A program made the position numbers and the translations under genes. Positions 10,301 through 17,438 of a stretch of DNA of 64,000 nt are shown here, piece after piece. Source of the stretch: an uncultured Candidatus Saccharibacteria bacterium (GTDB lineage: Bacteria > Patescibacteriota > Minisyncoccia > Phycocordibacterales > UBA2100). Under the pieces are notes generated by a model. The model was not told where the DNA came from. It saw only the letters and a program-made list of their open reading frames with translations, and made no database searches. Within the stretch, counting starts at the first letter, position 1; the number at the start of each line of letters is the position of its first letter. The DNA is taken from NCBI GenBank assembly GCA_964437185.1, contig CAYTFU010000003.1, positions 26,409 through 90,408 on the forward strand. Direction: 5' to 3'.

Positions 10301-13232
10301 AATCTTGCGTGCTGTTTGGTATTGCATTCTTGATAATTACGACATGACCACGCTTTGTGTTCGTGAATGTACACGTGACTGTTTCGCCAGCGCCAACATC
10401 AATATCCCCCACCGTTTCGCCCTGATCGCAGGTAGCCGAAGCCTGATCCCATCCGGCCGGAATCGTTTCTGTAACATTGTACTTGCCTGGAATTACAGAC
10501 TGACTGTTTGGTGCTGCAGCATCCGTAAGCGAAAAACTGACGTAACCAGCTCCTCCGGCAGTAAAGCTAAAGCTCTGAGTATCGCCGCTAGGATTGGTTA
10601 CTTTATCGACGATGATTGTGCCGTTTTGAGTATTGGTGAAGGTACAAGTGACGGTCTCCCCAGCTTGTAGTGAAATATTATTCACTGCACTACCGTCACT
10701 ACAGCTCGTATTCGTCAGGTTCCATCCGGCCGGAATGTTGACCTCCGATACTGAATACGTGCCTGGCGCAAGTATGCCGCTGTCACTGGCCGCAGCGGCG
10801 TCCGTAAGGTTGAAGTTGCTAACGCTCCACGAAGGGTCAAATTCAAATGATTGGTTCGAGCCCGAAGGATCAGTCACCTTGTCGATTAGAATCTTACCCT
10901 GCTTCGTATTAGTGAACGTACAGGTCACGTGCTCGCCTGCGCCGACAGTGATGGACTGTATGGTTTCGTCGAGGTCACAAGTTGCAGACGTGAGATCCCA
11001 GCCTGTAGGAACCGATTCTGTGATGTTGTACTCACCAGGTACGAAGTTATTAACGGTCTGACTTGCGGTACCACCTGAAGTGGTGAGCTGTGTAACGCCT
11101 GTGCTTCCAGTAAAGTCGAATGTGCCGTCACCACCAATTGTGTTCTTCACGATAGTGATTGAGCCGCGCCTCGTGTTGGTGAAGGTGCAAGTAATAGTTT
11201 CTCCCGCATCGAGCTCAAGGGTGCCTATAGTTTCAGTGTCTCCTATTGAGCTCACGCACGTGGCGGATGTGAGATCCCATCCCGTTGGAACAGTTTCAGA
11301 GATCGAATAAATGCCAGCATTTAGTGACTGACTGTTCGGTTGCGCAGCGTCCGTAAGAGAGAAGCCATTGTACCCAGTGCCACCCGCAGTAAAGCTGAAG
11401 CTTTGCGCGTCCGCAGCTGGGACGGTTACTTTATCGACAATAATCGTACCTTGCTGGAGAGTATTCGTGAATGTGCAAGTCACCGATTCGCTTGCAGCAA
11501 GATTGATAGTAGCGGTTCGAGTATTGAGGTCAACTGTTGAATTTGTAGTCGGATCAACGCACACAAGGTTTGTGAGGCTATACCCCGCCGCAGATGCCTC
11601 TGACACCGTGTATGCTCCCGGCGCTAACGCTGAGAATACCCGTGTGTTTGGAAGCGACCCATCGCCATCGTCGTCAAGCGAGAAATTCGTTAGGCCTGCG
11701 CCAGTTGTGGTAAAAGCAAAATCCTGTGAATCATTGGGCACAGTATCTTTAATGATTGTGATGGTCGCGTTATTTGGGATAAGAATATCTGCTCCTTTTA
11801 TCTGATTGTCTTGTGAGCCGCCCGTGCCGTCGAACTTAACCGTCTTGATGTGGTATGGGCCACCGCTAATCTGAGACGAACCGAGCCCAGGGCCCCAACT
11901 CACACCCGTCCCATCGCCTGTTACAGCTAGGTGCCCGCCGAAGAATAGCAAAATGTCGCAACCGTCCGCCGCGCTACACCCTGAAGTCGTGAACGGAATT
12001 GTTACGGTAACGACCGAGTCGCCTGTGTCACCATTCGCGGCCACGTCGTGCGCAAGAGTTATCGCACCTGGAGTAATAGTCCCTCCGTCGATGTAAATCG
12101 AGATATTACGAGGAGCTCCAAAATCCGCCATATAGGCATTCTCCTTGTTAGTCTGAGCTGCTGAGGAGCCATCCTTACTATCGAACGGATCGTTTGGAAT
12201 AGGTACAAGATGGTCAGGGGCGCTTCCTGAGGGATTTAGGTTCGTACATGCAGCTGCGTCTGCCCCCGCAAGATCCGAACAAGCGTTCAAAGTTGGAGTT
12301 CCAGGCGCAAACGATCCATTACCCTGTGCGCCCCCAGTGTTTGGATTCACAGTCGTCAAAAAGTCGTACGCGTGAATGCCGGCCTTCGTGTACTGATACG
12401 TGAACGTAATGCTGTGGGCCCCGTCCACAACTTTCGCGTCACGAAAGAGCAGCCTTTGAGGAACGGTCATTCCCTCGTAATAAATTGAGTTTGATTGCTG
12501 GACAATCGAGCCGATCCAATTGCACTCTCCCGCCGTAGGATTATTGTTCGAGCATTGGGTAAAGCTCGTTTGCAGTGGGTCTATAACACTGGTTGTGGCC
12601 AATACTGCACCATCCCCGTCCTCAGCAGAAATAGTATAAAGAGGAGTAAAAAGATCGGACAAAACGTAGTTATACGTAAACACACCTGTCTCATCAGTCA
12701 CGATGTTAAATACTTCCGTGGAATAAATTTCTGAAGGGTTGAGAAGTGATCCACCTACAATTCTCAGAACAATATTCTGTATTGCAGTAAAAAACCTTCC
12801 AAAAATAGAGACGGTTTCCTCAGGATTATATTCGGCCTTTTCTGTCGAGAGCTCGGGTGAAGGGGTCGAGGCTGCTACGGCAGCGCTTTGATCGGTAGAA
12901 TCGTTGGAGGATGATTCCGTGGTAGTCGTGGTAGAAGTGTCTTCTGGTGCGTCAACAGGAGCGTCTGTCTGCTCGGAGGTTGTCGAATCCGTACTCCCTT
13001 CACTCGCCGTAGAATCTTCCGCAACGGTATCTGCAGGTGCGTCTGCTGTCGCATCACTACTAGCGGTCGTCTCTGTAGAAGTGTCCGCAGGAGATTCGGT
13101 CGCGGCTACCGTAGTGTCCGTTAGCTCCTCGGCATACGAAACGGAATGTAAAAAAAGCATCATAAAACCCATCGATGAAAAAAGCATCAACGCTGCGATG
13201 GTCTTGCGCACATTTATTGTTGAGAGAGTCAT
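7341..13232 (-). CDS. Giant secreted surface protein (1963 aa) with an acidic S/T-rich linker and 14 tandem ~95-aa prealbumin/SpaA-like repeats, each with a conserved Cys pair
   Basis: Signal peptide MTLSTINVRKTIAALMLFSSMGF...; 14 repeats ending in the motif [VIM]TC[TV][FIL]TN across about 7650-11600; no internal stops. Confidence 0.75.
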   Translation of the reverse strand: MTLSTINVRKTIAALMLFSSMGFMMLFLHSVSYAEELTDTTVAATESPADTSTETTASSDATADAPADTVAEDSTASEGSTDSTTSEQTDAPVDAPEDTSTTTTTESSSNDSTDQSAAVAASTPSPELSTEKAEYNPEETVSIFGRFFTAIQNIVLRIVGGSLLNPSEIYSTEVFNIVTDETGVFTYNYVLSDLFTPLYTISAEDGDGAVLATTSVIDPLQTSFTQCSNNNPTAGECNWIGSIVQQSNSIYYEGMTVPQRLLFRDAKVVDGAHSITFTYQYTKAGIHAYDFLTTVNPNTGGAQGNGSFAPGTPTLNACSDLAGADAAACTNLNPSGSAPDHLVPIPNDPFDSKDGSSAAQTNKENAYMADFGAPRNISIYIDGGTITPGAITLAHDVAANGDTGDSVVTVTIPFTTSGCSAADGCDILLFFGGHLAVTGDGTGVSWGPGLGSSQISGGPYHIKTVKFDGTGGSQDNQIKGADILIPNNATITIIKDTVPNDSQDFAFTTTGAGLTNFSLDDDGDGSLPNTRVFSALAPGAYTVSEASAAGYSLTNLVCVDPTTNSTVDLNTRTATINLAASESVTCTFTNTLQQGTIIVDKVTVPAADAQSFSFTAGGTGYNGFSLTDAAQPNSQSLNAGIYSISETVPTGWDLTSATCVSSIGDTETIGTLELDAGETITCTFTNTRRGSITIVKNTIGGDGTFDFTGSTGVTQLTTSGGTASQTVNNFVPGEYNITESVPTGWDLTSATCDLDETIQSITVGAGEHVTCTFTNTKQGKILIDKVTDPSGSNQSFEFDPSWSVSNFNLTDAAAASDSGILAPGTYSVSEVNIPAGWNLTNTSCSDGSAVNNISLQAGETVTCTFTNTQNGTIIVDKVTNPSGDTQSFSFTAGGAGYVSFSLTDAAAPNSQSVIPGKYNVTETIPAGWDQASATCDQGETVGDIDVGAGETVTCTFTNTKRGHVVIIKNAIPNSTQDFSFTGSGSIGAFLLDDDGDIGNALPKQRDFEVVPGSYTVSEAAIAGWQQESATCDKGEAINSIDVEPGETVTCTFTNEKLAKITLVKNTIGGNGTFDFVMTGAGLPSSAQLTTVANTASQVFSDLDPDNTYTMAETPVPAGWDLLSATCSNGDPVNQITPNAGEEITCTFTNEADAFIIVDKVTDPAGDLTEFGFTTDYGLPFVLADGSTANNSGDLAPGVYDVTEAAEAGWDNTSISCASSLGDPVDTDGQDLDLDAGETITCTFTNQKDANIIVEKQTIPDGDLAVFDFDLSYGSGDADISDGQQDDSGDLNPGTYSVAETELAGWDLTSTVCTSSIEGIESAATIDLTAGETVTCVFTNTKHGSITIEKQTIGGDADFTFTGDVSGILNDNDTATQEVIPGTYDSTETVTSGWDLTDITCDDSNSSGNIGTGVATFNVAAGENVTCTFTNTKDSKIIVNKVTVGGDGNFDFAASYDQDGFVLANGGSNDSGDIDAGTYSVSETVPAGWDLTSATCDDASDPSSINLAAGETVTCTFTNTKLPTLTLEKEVVIDNGGTAVDTDWTIEATDNDQTTISGEEGDLSITSAIVPIGSYDLSESGGPLGYAASDWVCVGVTQDDGDTVTLGAGDNVTCTITNDDIAPVLHLNKVVVNNSGGTALESAWTLTATGPTSITGPGAAGSPDVSSGASFDAGSYVLSESAGPTGYAASSWSCTNGDNDGTVSIGLGETVTCTITNDDQQAYITVVKVVDNGNGGIANPNDFNLTLEGSPVSSGVAVPVNPGTYTAGETQLPGYIFEGFSGDCDVNGDTTVALGENMTCTLTNNDTPGHFTGGGSVFPNTLETGVVLSGVTGRSAKETRVTHGFTLHCDVSRGPNRLEVNWGINGKKAQKFHLLTLNSAQCTDDPEIDPRMPNAEFDTITGVGTGRFNGVEDATIQFMFNDAGEPGGEDQAYMIIRDKDDKVVLNTVGPLFINMGNQQAHQDN

Positions 13233-13395
13233 AGGAGTAAGAAATATTTTTTATAATGTGTCCGTGCAGAAAGAGCGGTTCGGCAACATAACATGAGGAG
13301 CAGCATCCCTGCCCCGAACTCCCTGCAGAATACCATTTTTGCCGTTTCGTCAAATTCAAAAAATGGGGACTTCGCGTGGATAAAAAGTGGATATC

Positions 13396-13427
13396 AAAAA
13401 CCGCCGCGTCATACGCGGCGGTTTTTG
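13396..13427. terminator. Bidirectional rho-independent terminator hairpin
   Basis: AAAAA-CCGCCGCG-TCATAC-GCGGCGG-TTTTTG; lies 3' of the DUF2283 gene and 5' of the giant gene. Confidence 0.6.
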
Positions 13428-13446
13428 CACGTAGAGGGAGGGATGG

Positions 13447-13722
13447 CTATGCTGCGGTCGGTGTTGCGCTTCCGACGGAGACGGGGATACCACCTTTTAT
13501 GTTCGTTTGTAGTTTAGCGAGAAATTCTCGCTGCGACGAAACATCGAGGATCTCAACGCCGACGACATCTCCCTTGGCATCAAAATCTACAACAAACGTA
13601 TCGGAATTCTTATGAGTACGGGCAACCTTCTCATCTGTCATTTTGAGGTACACAGCGTCGGCCAGCATGTCGTATTTTATGTCCATAATTTTATAAATTA
13701 TCTGGATAATATGCTGTGACAA
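13447..13722 (-). CDS. DUF2283-family protein (antitoxin partner of DUF4258)
   Basis: MDIKYDMLADAVYLKMTD... matches the DUF2283 N-terminal signature; overlaps the upstream DUF4258 gene by 32 nt. Confidence 0.65.
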   Translation of the reverse strand: MSQHIIQIIYKIMDIKYDMLADAVYLKMTDEKVARTHKNSDTFVVDFDAKGDVVGVEILDVSSQREFLAKLQTNIKGGIPVSVGSATPTAA

Positions 13723-13948
13723 TTACGTACTCCACATCTTTCTTGGTTCCCCATTTGAAGTATATAACCTCTATTACCCTCGCGTCATCAACCTTCTTTC
13801 GGACCAGTACTCTACCTTCAAAAGCGTGCTTTGTAAAGTCTGGCGAACTGATCGCTCGCTTGATGTGATCAACATCAATGCCTCGTTCCACCAATCGGCT
13901 CTGAAAATGCGCGGTGAAGCGAAGTCTCATAGTAATAGTAAGCGACAA
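13691..13948 (-). CDS. DUF4258-family protein (putative toxin of the DUF4258/DUF2283 pair)
   Basis: 85 aa, HFQSRLVERGIDVDHIKRAI...; the conserved pairing with DUF2283 is established knowledge. Confidence 0.6.
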   Translation of the reverse strand: MSLTITMRLRFTAHFQSRLVERGIDVDHIKRAISSPDFTKHAFEGRVLVRKKVDDARVIEVIYFKWGTKKDVEYVIVTAYYPDNL

Positions 13949-14093
13949 ATGGTGAGCGTAGGGTTCCAGTATAGCCTACTTGTGGACATTCACTTGATTT
14001 CGCCTTGAGCTAGGGCATAGTTGGGATACAACGGCTTCGGCCTCGAGGCGGCGGAAACGCCACCTCTTATATTTTGCACTTCAACAAGGGTAA

Positions 14094-14140
14094 CCCTTAC
14101 AGAAACCCTTGCGGAAAGGGTTACTCTTGCCTAAGCTTTT
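14094..14140. repeat. REP family 1 doublet
   Basis: CAAGGGTAACCCTT at 14094-14107 and AAAGGGTTACTCTTG at 14126-14140. Confidence 0.8.
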
Positions 14141-14260
14141 CCACCTCCTGCGGTCATACACCCGCTTGTAGAGCGGGCTGTATGTGTAAAAATATGTAAG
14201 AAGGATAGAAATAGGGCGTCTTATGTAGCGTTAGCAGAGTAATCGTTCGTAAAAAAATAT

Positions 14261-14803
14261 ATGAAAACGCATATAGCGGTTTTGGTAGGGATTATCAGTG
14301 TTATGTCTCCGGGCCTTGCGTTTGCCAACCTCTTAAACGCAGGCGTGGGGGTAAACGGAAATGTTGAGAGCAATCTCGAACTAGAGGTGGAGGAGCGCGA
14401 TCGCGAGGCAAATGAGGTGAGTGCCACCGCAAAGCTCGGGATTGGAGCGAGCACATCTGCGAGTGCGCGGGAAGATGCTCGAGATGATCGTGCAACTTCA
14501 AGTCGTGGCAATTCGGATGAAGCGGGCGATACTGCCCCGAACGCAACGAGCTCCGAGCACCGCAAAGATGGCGAAAACGCGTCCGGTGAGGATGGTCGCG
14601 GATTCGGCAAGGGCGGGCTCGTCGGGTTCTTTCGCTGGATATTCGGCCTCCCCGATGACACAACTGTCGGAGAGATCCGCACAGAGCTTCAGGCTACAAC
14701 GACCCTTTCGACAAGCTCAGGGCAGGCCGTGAGCACGGATTCGTCCTCGCAAGGTTTGGGATTCTGGGCTCGAATCTTTGGATTCCTCTCGCTGGGTAAT
14801 TAA
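14261..14803 (+). CDS. Secreted low-complexity acidic/Ser-rich protein (hypothetical)
   Basis: Signal peptide MKTHIAVLVGIISVMSPGLAFA; only + strand gene in the island; followed by a terminator. Confidence 0.5.
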   Translation: MKTHIAVLVGIISVMSPGLAFANLLNAGVGVNGNVESNLELEVEERDREANEVSATAKLGIGASTSASAREDARDDRATSSRGNSDEAGDTAPNATSSEHRKDGENASGEDGRGFGKGGLVGFFRWIFGLPDDTTVGEIRTELQATTTLSTSSGQAVSTDSSSQGLGFWARIFGFLSLGN

Positions 14804-14814
14804 CGTGCCATTCG

Positions 14815-14848
14815 AATCAAAACGCCGCCCTCTTGGGCGGCGTTTTGC
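14815..14848 (+). terminator. Rho-independent terminator
   Basis: AACGCCGCCC-TCTT-GGGCGGCGTT followed by TTTG. Confidence 0.7.
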
Positions 14849-14862
14849 GTTCTCAAGATCCC

Positions 14863-14877
14863 CAAGGGTTAACCTTG
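14863..14877. repeat. Degenerate REP family 1 unit
   Basis: CAAGGGTTAACCTTG. Confidence 0.5.
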
Positions 14878-14958
14878 CCCTTTTATGCCTGTGGATATTC
14901 ACTTGATTTTCATCCCCTATGATATACACTTTGTGGACAAATGGCCTTCGGGCTCGGG

Positions 14959-14986
14959 CCGCTCGCAAGAGCGGCTCAAATTTTTT
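14959..14986 (+). terminator. Second hairpin plus T-tract (GCAA tetraloop)
   Basis: GCCGCTC-GCAA-GAGCGGC-TCAAATTTTTT. Confidence 0.5.
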
Positions 14987-14996
14987 AAGGCGGTTT

Positions 14997-15398
14997 CTAG
15001 AGAATTGACCTCACCCGCTGACGAATCTCCTCATAGGTGTTTTTAGGTATTCGGCCCATCTTGACGAGCAACCGCTTTGAATCGAGTAGGCGCACCTGCG
15101 AAAGCAAAGCTGTGCTCTCGCCGCCAAGAAACGCAAAAGTGTAATGGTATTTACCATCGCGTTTCGCTGTGGTGAGCGGTATTCCAACAAATACATTCTT
15201 ACTGTACTTTTTTAGCACGAGTACTGGCCGAGCAAACTTCTCCCCCTTGCCATCTTGCTCGAAACCAATGTTGACACCAATGGCACACCACCATACCTCG
15301 CGTTCGTAAAAATAAAGATTAAACTCACTTTTACTGGTAGATTTTTTTCGCTCGTTCCACGTATCGAAATCCTTTTTCATTTCGCACAATGTTGTCAC
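14997..15398 (-). CDS. PemK/MazF-family toxin (orphan, no adjacent antitoxin ORF)
   Basis: EVWWCAIGVNIGFEQDGKGEKFARPVLVLKK....VGIPLTT matches the MazF/PemK signature (GEVWWVDLG..GSEQ.G.RP.LV...VIVAPLTT). Confidence 0.6.
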   Translation of the reverse strand: MTTLCEMKKDFDTWNERKKSTSKSEFNLYFYEREVWWCAIGVNIGFEQDGKGEKFARPVLVLKKYSKNVFVGIPLTTAKRDGKYHYTFAFLGGESTALLSQVRLLDSKRLLVKMGRIPKNTYEEIRQRVRSIL

Positions 15399-15420
15399 GG
15401 CAAAAGACCCGTTCCACGAT

Positions 15421-15453
15421 CAAGGGTAACCCTTTCAGAAAGGGTTACCCTTG
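15421..15453. repeat. REP family 1 doublet
   Basis: CAAGGGTAACCCTT at 15421-15434 and AAAGGGTTACCCTTG at 15439-15453. Confidence 0.85.
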
Positions 15454-15466
15454 CGGTTATAAACCG

Positions 15467-16183
15467 CTAGCGGTTGCCACGGCGAGGGGCGCCGATGACG
15501 CTTACCGTGCCATTTGCGAGGCGGATGTCGACGGTGCTCACGTTGTCGAGCTCGTCGGTCTCGAAAATGTGACCCTTCGGATCGATCTCTATCTTGAGAC
15601 GATAATCGCCGTCCGGAAGCCCTGTGATGTCGATAGACTGGCCGTCGAGTTGGTAGCCGTAGGTGTCACCCCAACCCACCGACATGCCCTGCACCTGATC
15701 TCCGCAGGAACTATAGACCGCTTGCTTCGGCGCTCCTGGGAGCTTGGTATTCATGCGCGTAGTGTCCATCACGCAGAATGTCATCTTGCTACCTACGCGA
15801 TTTTCTTGACCGTTTGCGGTAATCGGCTGGAGCGTGTACGCCGCATAATCGTCGAAGTGGAAATGATTGTGCGCTACGTGCCACGTAAAGGTGCCCGCCT
15901 TATATTCCGTATTCGTTCCGTCGTCATTGTAAACGCGCTGGAAGACATCTTGACCGTTGCTGATCACATCCCCTGCAAAAAGTTCTAGCGGCCCCGCGCC
16001 ATTGTTCCACGCCGTCGTGCTAAAGCGGAGAGACGTGCCCACAAGTGTGTTTTCAAGTCGAATATTGCTCGCCGGAAGTGCTTTTAGATTGGGCACGAGC
16101 TGCGACGCGGCGTGAAGATGCCCGCCAAACATCACAACCAACCCCGCCACAGAAAGCGCGGAGTATGCAATGGTGTTTTTCAT
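15467..16183 (-). CDS. Secreted lysyl oxidase-like copper amine oxidase (LOX catalytic domain homolog)
   Basis: Signal peptide. WHVAHNHFH matches the LOX copper site WHSCHQHYH. SKMTFCVMDT aligns with GHKASFCLEDT (LTQ Lys). GDTYGYQLDGQSIDITG aligns with YDTYGADIDCQWIDITD (LTQ Tyr). C-terminal DYRLKIEIDP...ETDELDNV matches NYILKVSVNP...ESDYTNNV. Confidence 0.75.
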   Translation of the reverse strand: MKNTIAYSALSVAGLVVMFGGHLHAASQLVPNLKALPASNIRLENTLVGTSLRFSTTAWNNGAGPLELFAGDVISNGQDVFQRVYNDDGTNTEYKAGTFTWHVAHNHFHFDDYAAYTLQPITANGQENRVGSKMTFCVMDTTRMNTKLPGAPKQAVYSSCGDQVQGMSVGWGDTYGYQLDGQSIDITGLPDGDYRLKIEIDPKGHIFETDELDNVSTVDIRLANGTVSVIGAPRRGNR

Positions 16184-16189
16184 ACGCGG

Positions 16190-16972
16190 TTATTCGCGGT
16201 GGTTGCGCGCGCGGTCCTCAGCCCAGTACACGTGTCGGAGGGTGCGCTCGCCGTGACCCAAATCCTGCTCAAAAATGGAGACGCGGCCATTGGACGATCG
16301 GTAAATCTCTTTACCCCACGCTTTCGGATCGTTGGAATCTGTATCCGCTCCGGACGATGCAGTGGACTGAGCAATCGTCGTCGAGCCATCGAGATGCGAA
16401 TAGATTGCTGCGAGCTGATCGTAATCATGGTGATTCGGCTTGGTGCTGTTCGGGCTGCTCGAGTAGTCCATACAGGTGCTCTGCGACGATCCGTCTTCGC
16501 TCGTATGGCCAAGACCGAACAAGTGCCCAACTTCCTGACACATGACGTGCAACTTCTCATCTGGGTTGTTGTATTGCGGAAGATTGAAATAGCTGTCGTT
16601 CATCTTGGCCGTACCCTTCGTGATATGCGAACCGTTAATCCATATCTGCGCGAGTCCTATCCAGCCATTGTATCCATACTTACGGTTACAGACCTCGATG
16701 CGGCCAGTCGTCGCCTTGCAGTTACTACCTCCTTGCCCAGTTACTACGACAGTGTCGAGAACGCTCGATGCGCTCCAGTCTGCTGATGCGGTAGCGAGAT
16801 ACGAATCCCACGTGCTACTTACATTGTCTCCCATCTTTATCGTAAACGGATTGGCTGTACGAGCCCAGTGATAACTCCCCCACGCGTGACTGGCGAAGAC
16901 CGTGGTCGCGCCAAGGAGCACTACAACGCCGAGTGCCGCGACGGAAATGCCTGCCTTTGTGATCTTATTCAT
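16190..16972 (-). CDS. Secreted zinc metalloprotease, metzincin (snapalysin/M7-like)
   Basis: Signal peptide; HEVGHLFGLGH (HExxHxxGxxH) followed by Met-turn CMDY; 6-nt gap to the downstream LOX-like gene. Confidence 0.7.
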   Translation of the reverse strand: MNKITKAGISVAALGVVVLLGATTVFASHAWGSYHWARTANPFTIKMGDNVSSTWDSYLATASADWSASSVLDTVVVTGQGGSNCKATTGRIEVCNRKYGYNGWIGLAQIWINGSHITKGTAKMNDSYFNLPQYNNPDEKLHVMCQEVGHLFGLGHTSEDGSSQSTCMDYSSSPNSTKPNHHDYDQLAAIYSHLDGSTTIAQSTASSGADTDSNDPKAWGKEIYRSSNGRVSIFEQDLGHGERTLRHVYWAEDRARNHRE

Positions 16973-17063
16973 AATAGTATGAGTGTTTAGGTTAATGTCT
17001 AAATGGTACGGTGCATTTCTGCACTCGTCAAGGTCCGCCGCTGCATATCCAAAAAAGGCTTTA

Positions 17064-17438
17064 TTATTGCGCTAAATTTCGTGTAAGAAACAGGATACGT
17101 TTTGCGAGCACATACGCGCCAAGCGGATCTGACGATTCTGTGGCGTACGCAGGCCAACCTTCCACTGCCTTCTCAAGCCCCAAATTTTCAAACGCCTCTT
17201 TTAAATACTGAAGGGAGCGCGCGTCGTTTTCCGGCGGGAGCGCGCCTGTAGAAAGATATGGTCGAAAATCTTTGCGGCGATCGAGTGCTGCCTGCTCATT
17301 TGGCAGGTCCGAAAGGAGCGCGCGTGCCCAATCAATCGCCTTTTGCTGCTCTGGGGTCGCCCGAGGTTTTCCATCTTTCTGCGAAGCACCCGCCGGTGAT
17401 TCAGATTCTGAATTGCTCATCGGCCAAGTATACCGCAC
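17064..17438 (-). CDS. Hypothetical protein
   Basis: 124-aa ORF abutting the upstream CAP gene stop (17439); no recognised motif. Confidence 0.35.
   Translation of the reverse strand: MRYTWPMSNSESESPAGASQKDGKPRATPEQQKAIDWARALLSDLPNEQAALDRRKDFRPYLSTGALPPENDARSLQYLKEAFENLGLEKAVEGWPAYATESSDPLGAYVLAKRILFLTRNLAQ

Noticed and set aside
7353-11805. Ladder of + strand ORFs (e.g. 7353-8279, 8358-8798, 9381-9947, 10221-10670, 11368-11805) opposite the giant gene
   Set aside because: They are antisense mirror ORFs typical of GC-rich repetitive coding DNA and have low-complexity translations. The continuous 1963-aa minus-strand ORF with a signal peptide and repeats is the real gene.
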